DNA from: Dehalococcoidia bacterium
Lineage (GTDB): Bacteria; Chloroflexota; Dehalococcoidia; Lucifugimonadales; UBA2985
Length of the DNA stretch: 64,000 nt
Direction: 5' to 3'
Assembly (NCBI GenBank): GCA_015661155.1
Contig: JACVQK010000011.1
Coordinates: forward strand, 2,963 to 66,962
In this document: one piece after another, positions 17,294 to 25,900 of the stretch
Position numbering within the stretch: position 1 is the first letter of the stretch
How the letters are laid out: each line of letters opens with the position of its first letter
Position numbers and translations under genes: made by a program
The notes under the pieces: generated by a model
The model's database searches: none
The model's input: the letters and a program-made list of their open reading frames with translations, nothing else
Told to the model about the DNA's origin: nothing

Positions 17294-17318
17294 CGTAATT
17301 GCGCTTTGATACAATGCC

Positions 17319-18464
17319 ATGCCATCAACCGCCAACCCAGACACCGCCAGGGCCACGGAAATCGCCAAAGCCTACGCGCGGGAGCTGGGCTTCGACCTGG
17401 TGGGCATAGCCTCCGCGGAGCCTTTCCACGAGAAAGAGGCCATCACCCTGGAGCGGATGCGCCAGGGCCTCATGGACGGCCTCCCCTGGTTCCACCGGGC
17501 GCGCGTCCGGCGCGGCTGCCATCCCCAGGACATCCTGCCCAGCGCCCGCTCCATCATCGCCGTAGCCATGAGCTACTACCCGGAGGATGCGCCCTCATAC
17601 GATGAAACCCTGGGGGGTAAAGTCGCCCGCTACGCCCGGGGCCAGGACTACCACAAAGTCATGGAGCAGCGGCTCCAGGCCTTTGTCCGCGGGCTATCGG
17701 AGCGACTGGAGCGGGCCGTCCAGGCCCGGGTGTACGTGGATACAGGCCCCATGCTGGACCGGGCGGTGGCCGAGAGGGCGGGCATCGGATGGTTCGGCAA
17801 GAGCACCAACATCCTGACCCGCAACCACGGCTCCTGGGTGTTCCTGGGCCAGGTGATCACAGACCTGGAGCTGGAGCCGGACAAACCACTGAAAAAGACC
17901 TGCGGCCAATGCACCCTGTGCATGGACAAGTGCCCCACAGGAGCCATCGTCGCCCCCTATGTCATCGACAACGCCCGGTGCATCTCCTACCTCACCATCG
18001 AGAGCCGCGGCCCCATACCCCACTCCCTGCGGCCCCTGATGGGAGACCGGGTCTTCGGGTGTGACGTCTGCCAGGAGGTGTGCCCCGTGAACCGCAAGGC
18101 CAGGTTCACCCGGGAGCCTGCCTTTCGACCAGGAGAGCACGGCTTCACCGCCCTACAGCTTCTGCCCCTTCTCAGAATCACCGAAGAGGAGTTCGTGAAG
18201 ACCTTCCGCAACAGCCCCATCCGGCGGGCCAAAGGGATGGGACTCTTGCGCAACGTGTGCGTGGCCCTGGGCAACATGGGCGACTCCAGGGCCGTGCCGT
18301 ACCTCATGGAAGCCCTCGGCCACCGTGAGCCTCTGGTCCGGGGGCACGCCGCCTGGGCCCTGGGCAGGATCGGGGGCCAGGAGGCGATGAAGTCGCTAAC
18401 GGAGTCCCTGCTCACGGAGGTGAACGAAGGGGTGAGGGAGGAGATATCCCTGGCCCTCCGCTGA
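17319..18464 (+). CDS. queG: tRNA epoxyqueuosine(34) reductase
   Basis: Two 4Fe-4S ferredoxin motifs (CGQCTLCMDKCPTGAI, CDVCQEVCPVN), the cobalamin-binding N-region and C-terminal HEAT-like repeats (ALGNMGD..AVPYL..AL.H.EPLVRGHAAWALGRIG). Confidence 0.9.
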   Translation: MPSTANPDTARATEIAKAYARELGFDLVGIASAEPFHEKEAITLERMRQGLMDGLPWFHRARVRRGCHPQDILPSARSIIAVAMSYYPEDAPSYDETLGGKVARYARGQDYHKVMEQRLQAFVRGLSERLERAVQARVYVDTGPMLDRAVAERAGIGWFGKSTNILTRNHGSWVFLGQVITDLELEPDKPLKKTCGQCTLCMDKCPTGAIVAPYVIDNARCISYLTIESRGPIPHSLRPLMGDRVFGCDVCQEVCPVNRKARFTREPAFRPGEHGFTALQLLPLLRITEEEFVKTFRNSPIRRAKGMGLLRNVCVALGNMGDSRAVPYLMEALGHREPLVRGHAAWALGRIGGQEAMKSLTESLLTEVNEGVREEISLALR

Positions 18465-18563
18465 GGCCGCTTGAAAATCATTTGACTGGGAAGCCCCCTT
18501 GGACTACAATCGCCAAAGCACGTCTCATCCAAAACCTGGACTACGCCTGGAAAAGAGGACACG

Positions 18564-19898
18564 ATGCCCCAAGAGGATATACCCCAACCCCCAGCAGAAA
18601 CCCGCAAGAAGCCGCGCTACTTTTACGGCTGGAACATCGTTGCAGCCTCCTTCATGTCGCACCTGGCCTACGCCGAGCACGTCTCATCCGTGCTGGGCCT
18701 CTTCTTCAAGCCCTTCACTGCCGAGTTCGGATGGAGCCGCACCGCCATGTCGGCCGTTCAGTCCATCGCCCGGGTGCTCGAGGCGCTGGCGGCCCCCATG
18801 GTCGGCCCCCTCGTCGACCGGTACGGGCCCCGGGTGCTGATGCCCATCGGGGGCATCATGGTCGGCCTTACCATGCTGGCGATAACCCAGATGACCACCC
18901 TCTGGCACTTCTATCTGCTGCGGGGCGGGCTGACTGCCGTGGGCTTCACCCTCATAGGCGGCATGGTGACCACCGTGGCCGTCAACAACTGGTTCATCCG
19001 CAAGCGCGGCCGGGCCCTCGCCTTCGCCGGCGTCGGGACCAACCTGGGTAACGTGGCCCTGGTACCCATCATCGTGTGGCTCATCGCCAACAAGGGCTGG
19101 CGAAGCGTCTTCGTCCTGTTCGCCGTCCTCACCTGGGTGGTGGTCGTGATTCCATCGGCCATCCTCATGCGCCGCCGACCGGAGGACATGGGCCTGCATC
19201 CCGACGGGGTAGACCCCAGCACCGCCAAAGTCGCGAATCCACCGGAGGGAAAGCAAAGCTCCCCGTCAAGAGCGGCGGCCTCTACGCGAGAGCCTGTGTG
19301 GAGCCGAAAAGAGGTGCTGATGACCTCCGCCTTCTGGATGCTCGTTGGCGCTTCCGCCGTGGACAACCTGGCATTCCAGGGAATCAACATCAGCCTGGCC
19401 CCATACATTCAGGACCTGGGCTACCAAGACACCATGATGGCCGCAGTCATCACCTTCCGAGCCGCCCTCATGGCCATATCCCTCCCGGTGATGGGGTTCA
19501 TCGCCGAGTACGCCAACCAGGTACGGGTGCGAGTTTTCCCCTTCGTGCTGCTGGCCCTGGGGTCCTTCCTGTTCCTCCTGGCTGGAAAGCCGACCTTCCT
19601 CTGGCTGGCCGTGGGGGTGTACGGCCTGGGCCTTACGGCCATGGGGATAGTCCAGGAGGTGCTCTGGGCCAACTACTTCGGCCGCCTGAGCCTGGGAATG
19701 GTCCGCTCCACGGCCTTCCTGATAGCCTTCGGGTTTGGCGCCGCCGGCCCCATCTTCATGAACGCCGTCTTCGACATCCTCGGCTCGTACCGGCCAGCCT
19801 TCATTCTGTTCATCTTCCTCTTCATCATAGCCGGCTTCCTGATGGCGATGGCCCGGCCTCCCAAGGCCCGGCGCTACGCTGAGGCGAAGAGCCTTTAG
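18564..19898 (+). CDS. MFS transporter (OFA-like), tandem paralog 1
   Basis: 444 aa with about 12 TM segments. It is near-identical over its full length to the next gene. Confidence 0.85.
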   Translation: MPQEDIPQPPAETRKKPRYFYGWNIVAASFMSHLAYAEHVSSVLGLFFKPFTAEFGWSRTAMSAVQSIARVLEALAAPMVGPLVDRYGPRVLMPIGGIMVGLTMLAITQMTTLWHFYLLRGGLTAVGFTLIGGMVTTVAVNNWFIRKRGRALAFAGVGTNLGNVALVPIIVWLIANKGWRSVFVLFAVLTWVVVVIPSAILMRRRPEDMGLHPDGVDPSTAKVANPPEGKQSSPSRAAASTREPVWSRKEVLMTSAFWMLVGASAVDNLAFQGINISLAPYIQDLGYQDTMMAAVITFRAALMAISLPVMGFIAEYANQVRVRVFPFVLLALGSFLFLLAGKPTFLWLAVGVYGLGLTAMGIVQEVLWANYFGRLSLGMVRSTAFLIAFGFGAAGPIFMNAVFDILGSYRPAFILFIFLFIIAGFLMAMARPPKARRYAEAKSL

Positions 19899-19962
19899 CC
19901 ATGAACCGCCGCCAAAGAGCGTCTCGTCCGGAACCTGGATAACGCCTGGAAAAGAGGACACC

Positions 19963-21291
19963 ATGCCCCCTGAGAATACACCCCCACCCACAGCAGGAAC
20001 CCGCAAAAAGCCGCGCTACTTCTACGGTTGGAACATCGTTGCGGCCTCCTTCATGGCGCACCTGGCCTATGGCGAGCACTACTCCTCTGTGCTGGGCCTC
20101 TTCTTCAAGCCCTTCAAAGCCGAGTTCGGATGGAGCCGCACCGCCATGTCGGCCGTCCAATCCATCGCCCGGGTGATTGAGGCGCTGGCGGCCCCCATTG
20201 TCGGCCCCCTCATTGACCGGTACGGGCCTCGGGTGCTGATGCCCGTCGGTGGCATCATCGTCGGCCTTGCCATGCTGGCGGTGACCCAGATGACCACCCT
20301 CTGGCACTTCTATCTGCTGCGGGGCGGGCTGACTGCCTTGGGCTTCATGCTCATAGGCGGCATGGTGACCACCGTGGCCGTCAACAACTGGTTCGTCCGC
20401 AAGCGCGGCCGGGCCCTCGCCTTCGCCGGCGTCGGGACCAACCTGAGTAACGTGGCCCTGGTACCCATCATCGTGTGGCTCATCGCCGCGCACGGATGGC
20501 GAAGCGTCTTCGTCCTGTTCGCCATCCTCACCTGGGTAGTGGTCGTGATTCCATCGGCCATCCTCATGCGCCGCCGGCCGGAGGACATGGGGCTGCACCC
20601 CGACGGGGTAGAACCCACCGCCGCCAAAGTCGCGAATCCGGCGGGGGAGGAGCAGACCTCCCAGTCAAGGGCGGCGGCCTCTACGCGAGAGCCTGTGTGG
20701 AGCCGAAAAGAGGTGCTGATGACCTCCACCTTCTGGATGCTCATCGGCGCCTCTGCCGTGGACAACCTGGCCTTCCAGGGAATCAACATCAGCCTGGCCC
20801 CGTACATTCAGGACCTGGGCTACAACGACACGCTGATGGCCGCAGTCGTCACCTTCCGAGCCGCCATCATGGCCATATCCCTCCCAGCCATGGGGTTCCT
20901 GGCCGAGTACGCCCATCGGGTCCAGATCCGCGTTTTCCCCTTCGTGCTGCTGGCCATAGGGTCCTTCCTGTTCCTCCTGGCTGGGAAGCCAACCTTCCTC
21001 TGGCTGGCCGTGGGGGTGTACGGCCTGGGCCTTACGGCCGTGGGGATGGTCCAGGAGGTGCTCTGGGCCAACTTCTTCGGCCGTCTGAGCCTGGGAATGG
21101 TCCGCTCCACGGCCTTCCTGGTGGCCTTCGGATTTGGCGCCGCCGGTCCCATCTTCATGAACGCCGTCTTCGACATCGTCGGCTCGTACCGGCCGGCCTA
21201 CATCCTGTTCATCTTCCTCTTCCTCATAGCCGGCGTCCTGATGGCGATGGTCCGGCCTCCCAAAGCTCGGCGCTACGCTGAGCCGACATGA
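19963..21291 (+). CDS. MFS transporter (OFA-like), tandem paralog 2
   Basis: 442 aa, with roughly nine in ten residues identical to paralog 1 by eye. About 60 nt of upstream leader is also duplicated. Confidence 0.85.
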   Translation: MPPENTPPPTAGTRKKPRYFYGWNIVAASFMAHLAYGEHYSSVLGLFFKPFKAEFGWSRTAMSAVQSIARVIEALAAPIVGPLIDRYGPRVLMPVGGIIVGLAMLAVTQMTTLWHFYLLRGGLTALGFMLIGGMVTTVAVNNWFVRKRGRALAFAGVGTNLSNVALVPIIVWLIAAHGWRSVFVLFAILTWVVVVIPSAILMRRRPEDMGLHPDGVEPTAAKVANPAGEEQTSQSRAAASTREPVWSRKEVLMTSTFWMLIGASAVDNLAFQGINISLAPYIQDLGYNDTLMAAVVTFRAAIMAISLPAMGFLAEYAHRVQIRVFPFVLLAIGSFLFLLAGKPTFLWLAVGVYGLGLTAVGMVQEVLWANFFGRLSLGMVRSTAFLVAFGFGAAGPIFMNAVFDIVGSYRPAYILFIFLFLIAGVLMAMVRPPKARRYAEPT

Positions 21292-21324
21292 ACCACTCTC
21301 TGGATATACGAGCGATAGAGGGGT

Positions 21325-22359
21325 ATGTCCGCTAGAGCGCCCTTCCGACCACGGGGCCTGCCCACCGCCATCGGCAGCCTGCCCCACCGGGACCCGCAGG
21401 AGGCCTGCGCCTTGATATGGCGCTATCTACCTGACATCCCTGTCTGGCCCCAGCTTCCCCACCGCTCTCCCCTGGAGAACATGTATGCCCAGTACAGCCG
21501 GGGCTTCCCAGGGGTGCACGCCGGGACAGACAGGGTGTGGGTGGACCGCTCCCAGGACCTCATAGAGGGGCTGGCCCAGCTCTTTGCCGACGCCGAGGCC
21601 GGGGCCACCGAGCCCTATGCCCTCACCGCGGACTACGCCGCCGGCCTGGCCTCGTTCCTGGAGACCGCGAGGCGGCAGGGCACGCCGGTGGCGGTGAAAG
21701 GCCAGCTTATCGGCCCTGTAAGCTGGGGCCTCACCGTCACCGACCAGGACCGGCGCAGCCTCCTCTACGATGACACCCTGGCCGAGGCCATCGCCCAGAT
21801 GCTCCGCCTCCAGGCAGCGTGGCAGGAGAGGGCCCTTCGGGCCGTGTCCCCTCGCACCATCCTCTTCCTGGACGAGCCGTACCTCAGCGCCTTCGGCTCC
21901 GCCGTGGTGCCCCTGTCCCGGGAGCAGGCGGTGTCCCTGATCACCACGGTGCTGGAGGGGATATCCGGGCTGCGAGGGACCCACTGCTGCGGCAACACCG
22001 ACTGGCCCCTCCTCCTGGAAACACCCCTGGACATCCTCAGCTTCGACGCCTTCAGCTACGCCCCGTCCCTGAGCCTGTATCCCCGGGAGGTGACCGCCTT
22101 TTTGGAGCGGGGTGGCACCCTCGCCTGGGGCATCGTGCCCAGCGACGGGGCTACCCTGGCGGTGGAAGGAGTGGACAGTCTACTGCGCCGTCTTGATGAA
22201 GCCATGGCCCTGCTTTCAGCCAAGGGCCTGAACCCGGAGCTGCTTCGGGAGCAGTGCCTGATTACACCCTCCTGTGGGCTGGCGTCCCTGACGCCGGAGG
22301 CCGCGGAGCGGGCCCTGGCTCTCACCGCCGGGGTGTCCCGGGCCTTTCGGGAGAGGTAG
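21325..22359 (+). CDS. MetE/UROD-like (beta/alpha)8 barrel protein with a putative zinc site
   Basis: 344 aa. GTHCCGNTDW and ITPSCGLAS resemble the His/Cys zinc ligands of cobalamin-independent methionine-synthase-type methyltransferases. The stop TAG lies in the terminus of repeat A5. Confidence 0.7.
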   Translation: MSARAPFRPRGLPTAIGSLPHRDPQEACALIWRYLPDIPVWPQLPHRSPLENMYAQYSRGFPGVHAGTDRVWVDRSQDLIEGLAQLFADAEAGATEPYALTADYAAGLASFLETARRQGTPVAVKGQLIGPVSWGLTVTDQDRRSLLYDDTLAEAIAQMLRLQAAWQERALRAVSPRTILFLDEPYLSAFGSAVVPLSREQAVSLITTVLEGISGLRGTHCCGNTDWPLLLETPLDILSFDAFSYAPSLSLYPREVTAFLERGGTLAWGIVPSDGATLAVEGVDSLLRRLDEAMALLSAKGLNPELLREQCLITPSCGLASLTPEAAERALALTAGVSRAFRER

Positions 22360-22580
22360 CAGGGCGAGGCAGGGCAAGCCCTGCACCCACACTCTTCAGA
22401 GGCATCCATGGGCAGGCCTCACTCTAAGTCTGCCTAACTGGCTGCGGAAAAGGGGAGTACAGAGGGGCGAAGCCCCTTTGACGGGGGTCTGGGGGTGTCC
22501 CCCAGATTCAAGACTTACCCCCTTCCTGGCCAGGAAGGGGGCCAGGGGGATGGTCGAAAGGGTTTTTCAACACCCTGTTA
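22357..22580. repeat. family-A repeat, copy A5
   Basis: Order P5-P3-P2-P1-T. Its two ends contain the stop codons of the two convergent flanking genes (TAG 22357-22359, and TAA on the reverse strand at 22578-22580). Confidence 0.85.
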
Positions 22581-23552
22581 CTCTATCCCCAGTTCCTCCT
22601 TGACCTCCCTCACCGCGGCGACCATCACCCGTAGCTTGGCCACCGACTCCTCCTCGGTCCGGGTCTTGAGGCCGCAATCGGGGTCTATGTAGAGACGCTC
22701 GGGAGACAGGACCTCCAGGCCCTTCCTTATCCCCTCCTTCACCTGCTCCACGCTCTCGGTTTCGTGATGGTGGACATCCACCACCCCCATGGACAGGCAC
22801 TTCCCAAAGGAGTGTTGGCGTATAAGGTCCAGGAGGTTGTAGTTGCTGTTGGCCGTCTCCAGGTCCAGCATGTCCACCGGCAGGGCAGCGAGCTGAGGGA
22901 AGACCGCGGCGAAATCCCCGTAGCAGACGTGGGTGATGGTGAAGGCCTCCAGGCCCCGGGTGACAACAGCCAGGGCCCGGGCGGCCATCTCCATCTCCTC
23001 GGGCCGGGTGGAGATGGCGGGCTCGTCGATCTGAATGTATTCGGCCCCCGCTTTGGCCAGGTCTACGGCCTCATCGTGCACGGCCCGGGCCACCTCCATC
23101 AGGAAGGCCTCCCGGGTGGGATAGTACTCATTGAAAGACCAGTCAACGATGGTGTACGGCCCGGTGAGCATGCCCTTGACCGGCCTGGGGGTCAGGCTCT
23201 GGGCATACCTCCACCACTCCAGGGTTGTCGGCCTGCTCCTGCCCACGGGGCCTACCGCCACCGGCTTGCGGTAGTAGCGATTTCCGTAGGAGCGGACCAG
23301 GCCACTGGTGGTGAAGCCCTCCCAGTTCTCGGCGAAGTAGGCCACCATGTCGCCCCGGTACATCTCCCCATCCACCAGGATGTCCATCCCCAACTCCTCC
23401 TGGATGCGAATCCAGTGGGCGGTGGCCCTCTTCTCCAGCTCCTCCATCTCCTTGGGGGACACCTCGCCCCGGGCCACCCGGGCGCGCGCCCGAAGGACGT
23501 ACTCCGGTTTGGGGTAGCTTCCGACGGCGGTGGTCAGCAGCCCCCGGGTCAT
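22578..23552 (-). CDS. metE: methionine synthase catalytic barrel (MetE C-terminal-domain type, about 325 aa)
   Basis: Starts at Met60 of ORF 22578..23729 (ATGA overlap with the upstream gene). MTRGLLTTAVGSYPKP... with all four MetE-type zinc-site positions present: THVCYG (His, Cys), LDLETANS (Glu), IDPDCGLKTR (Cys). Confidence 0.85.
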   Translation of the reverse strand: MTRGLLTTAVGSYPKPEYVLRARARVARGEVSPKEMEELEKRATAHWIRIQEELGMDILVDGEMYRGDMVAYFAENWEGFTTSGLVRSYGNRYYRKPVAVGPVGRSRPTTLEWWRYAQSLTPRPVKGMLTGPYTIVDWSFNEYYPTREAFLMEVARAVHDEAVDLAKAGAEYIQIDEPAISTRPEEMEMAARALAVVTRGLEAFTITHVCYGDFAAVFPQLAALPVDMLDLETANSNYNLLDLIRQHSFGKCLSMGVVDVHHHETESVEQVKEGIRKGLEVLSPERLYIDPDCGLKTRTEEESVAKLRVMVAAVREVKEELGIE

Positions 23553-24523
23553 GAGCGCACCTCCTGGGCCCTTCTCACTCCATCCACCAGGCGGGCCAGC
23601 TTGGCCCTGGCGCTCTTCCGGGGCAGGAAGTCCAGGCCACAGCTGGGATTGACGTGCAGACGGTCCGGAGACACCACCCGGGAGACGCGTCCAATGGCTG
23701 ATGCTATCTCCTCCACCGTCTCCAGGCATGTGTTCCGGGCGTCAACGATGCCGAAGCCCAGCATCTTATCCGGAGGGAAGTCCCTGACAAGGTCGTAGTT
23801 GGCAGGCCCCGCCACAAAGTCCAAACCTATTATGTCAACAGGTAGCTGGAAGAGCCGGCTGTGTATCCCAGAGACATCTCGGAAGTAGGTGTACACCGCA
23901 GTCCTGGCCGTGACTCCCCGAGTGACCCCTTCTACCGCCTCGGCGAAGAGGTCGAAGTCATCCTTGTGCTGGAGAATGGCAGGCTCATCGAACTGGACGA
24001 CCTCTGCCCCAGCCTGCTGGAGAGCCAGGGCCTCCCGGTTCAGAATCGGCACCAGGTCCATGACCAGGGAGCGAAGGTCTCTGTAGCACCCCATCTGAGA
24101 GAGCCGCGCCAGGGTGTAGGGACCTGTGATGACCCCTTTCACCGGCCTAGCGCTGTGGGCCACCGCGAACTCCAGGTCTCCCACGCCGATGGCACCCTGC
24201 CACTCCAGCCTCCTCTCCGGGATGGGGTGACGGTAGTAGGTGTTGGTATCGAAGTATCGGATCAGGCCATTGATGGTGAAGCCCTTGATGCCCCGGGCAA
24301 AGTAGGTCTGGCCGTCGTCCCGGCGAATCTGTCCATCGGTGATGAGGTCGATGCCCGCGTCTATCTGCTCCTGGATAACCTCCCTGGTCACATCATCCTC
24401 AACGCGACGCAGCTCCTCCACCGTGATCCGGCCCGCGTCGTGGCGCGAGATGGCGGCGCGGAGGCTGGGTGCCCCGGCATCGGGAGAGAGCTTGGGATAG
24501 CTTCCCACCACAGTAGTAATCAA
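23549..24523 (-). CDS. MetE-like barrel lacking the zinc site (MetE N-terminal-domain-like partner)
   Basis: 324 aa. MITTVVGSYPKL... is colinear with the downstream catalytic paralog, but the ligand positions read AVYTYF (no His or Cys) and GLDFVAG (Asp for Glu). Only the last Cys (VNPSCGL) is retained. Confidence 0.8.
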   Translation of the reverse strand: MITTVVGSYPKLSPDAGAPSLRAAISRHDAGRITVEELRRVEDDVTREVIQEQIDAGIDLITDGQIRRDDGQTYFARGIKGFTINGLIRYFDTNTYYRHPIPERRLEWQGAIGVGDLEFAVAHSARPVKGVITGPYTLARLSQMGCYRDLRSLVMDLVPILNREALALQQAGAEVVQFDEPAILQHKDDFDLFAEAVEGVTRGVTARTAVYTYFRDVSGIHSRLFQLPVDIIGLDFVAGPANYDLVRDFPPDKMLGFGIVDARNTCLETVEEIASAIGRVSRVVSPDRLHVNPSCGLDFLPRKSARAKLARLVDGVRRAQEVRS

Positions 24524-24674
24524 AGGGATAGCTCCTTTACGGGGAATAGTGCCTAGTAAGACCTGACATCAGAAGAGTGCAGGGACTAAGCCCTTCATTG
24601 AATGCTACTATTGGCGCTTCCATACCGTCAATCCTGAAAACCTGGGTTCCAGAAGCCCCATAGAGGGGCGACAC

Positions 24675-24823
24675 CAGCAGGCTGTTGAAAAACCCTTTCG
24701 ACCATCCCCCCTCCCCCTTCCTGGCCAGGAAGGGGGAGAGTTTAAATCCGGGGGACACCCCCAGACCCCCGTCAAAGGGGCGTTGCCCCTCTGTACTCCC
24801 CCTCTGTACATCAGCCTGCTAGG
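24675..24823. repeat. family-A repeat, copy A6
   Basis: Order T-P1-P2-P3, ending CAGCCTGCTAGG. It overlaps the last codons and the stop of the hydrolase gene. Confidence 0.85.
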
Positions 24824-25593
24824 GGGGGGAACCTCCCCTTCAGCCACTCCAGGGCTGCGCTGATGACCGCCCCCTCATGGCGAAAGCGGTGTCCCACCCC
24901 CGGCAGCAGCCGTAGCTCCTTGGGATCCCCGGCCCGCTCAAAGAGGGTGTACACGCTCTCGGGCGACACCACGTCATCCGCGTCTCCGTGGAGCAACAGC
25001 AGGGGTCGGGAAGCCACCTTGCCCACCCACTCCACGGGGCTGAGCCTCTGGCTCTCCTCGGCCCAGGTCTCCAGCGAAGGAGGGAAGTCCGGGTCTCGTA
25101 TGACGCCCAGGGCACGCAGCCGCTCCACGGCCTCGGCTGGCCTGGGCCGTGGCCCCGTGACCGCGGGGCTGGCGAAGGCCACCAGGGCGGCCACCTCCTT
25201 TCGGTGCGCCGCCACGTAGATGGCCACGGCGGCCCCCATGCTGGAGCCAAGGAGGGCGATACGGGACCCATCCACCTCCGGCCTCTCCAGCAGCCAGGAC
25301 ACCACCGCATCCAGGTCCTGGGCCCAGCCCAGGGGGTGGAAGTTTCCGCCGCTCTCCCCTGTTCCACGGAAGTTGAAAATCAGGGTGGCAAACCCCTCCC
25401 AGGCGCACATCTCCGCCAGGGCGGGGTAGTCCGGGTCTCTGCCGGCGGGAGCCGCCGCGCCGGGGGTCTGGCGCGGGCCTGCCGGCATCCCGTGGCACAT
25501 CACCAGACCTGGATGAGGCCCAGGCCCCGGCGGAGTGAAGAGGGCCAAGACCAGGGAAACCCCACCGCTATCCAGCCAGAGGCTCTCTCGCAT
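24811..25593 (-). CDS. alpha/beta hydrolase (dienelactone hydrolase / S9-like)
   Basis: Starts at Met29 of ORF 24811..25677; the upstream codons are repeat A7. Nucleophile elbow GSSMGA, then LLLLHGDADDVV and GVGHRF (Ser-Asp-His). Confidence 0.8.
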   Translation of the reverse strand: MRESLWLDSGGVSLVLALFTPPGPGPHPGLVMCHGMPAGPRQTPGAAAPAGRDPDYPALAEMCAWEGFATLIFNFRGTGESGGNFHPLGWAQDLDAVVSWLLERPEVDGSRIALLGSSMGAAVAIYVAAHRKEVAALVAFASPAVTGPRPRPAEAVERLRALGVIRDPDFPPSLETWAEESQRLSPVEWVGKVASRPLLLLHGDADDVVSPESVYTLFERAGDPKELRLLPGVGHRFRHEGAVISAALEWLKGRFPPLAG

Positions 25594-25635
25594 AACCACG
25601 GCCGTACCCCCGAGGTTTTTCCCATTGTACCATGG

Positions 25636-25822
25636 GTGGGTGTTGAAGAACCCTCTTCGACCATCCCCTGCCCCCACACTCTCAACTGTTGCTGCACTGG
25701 TCTAACCATGTTCTACGATTCGTAAAGTGTGGGTCTGGGCTTAGCCCAGTCTGGGGGACACCCCCAGACCCCCGTCAAAGGGGCTTCGCCCCTCTGAGCA
25801 CCCCTTTTTCAACAGCCTGCCA
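25636..25822. repeat. family-A repeat, copy A7
   Basis: Order T(partial)-P5(half)-P4-P2-P3, ending TTTTTCAACAGCCTGCC. Confidence 0.8.
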
Positions 25823-25900
25823 AGTGGGTATCCTGTCCACGGTTCCCCGATACGAGGACTCTGGCGTATAATCTCTAGACCTATGTAAAGGAGAATGAGA

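Noticed and set aside
22578-23729. The full 383-aa ORF for the catalytic MetE paralog, with its 59-aa N-terminal extension.
   Set aside because: The extension (MPGDGGGDSISHWTRLPGG...) overlaps the 3' end of the upstream gene in another frame and is low-complexity. Met60 gives the family-typical MTRGLLTTAVGSYPKP start and an ATGA coupling overlap.
24524-24674. An AT-richer leader of about 150 nt upstream of the split metE pair. I examined it as a possible SAM or cobalamin riboswitch.
   Set aside because: I could not find the B12 box (GCCACTG-like core), the SAM-I junction motifs or any other riboswitch core that I recognise. Without an Rfam/Infernal scan the call would be unsupported.
24537-24847. 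Short ORFs with recurring peptides such as [28 protein letters not shown] and RGEAPLTGV. Examples are 24537..24758, 24608..24847, 41731..41955, 41753..42094 and 22495..22692.
   Set aside because: They are translations of the family-A repeat modules in various frames. They lack RBS context and change frame from copy to copy.
25844-25872. A promoter upstream of pepN based on TATAAT at 25867-25872.
   Set aside because: The -10 hexamer is perfect, but there is no TG extension, and the best -35 candidate (TTCCCC or TCCCCG) is poor. That is too weak to list as a feature.
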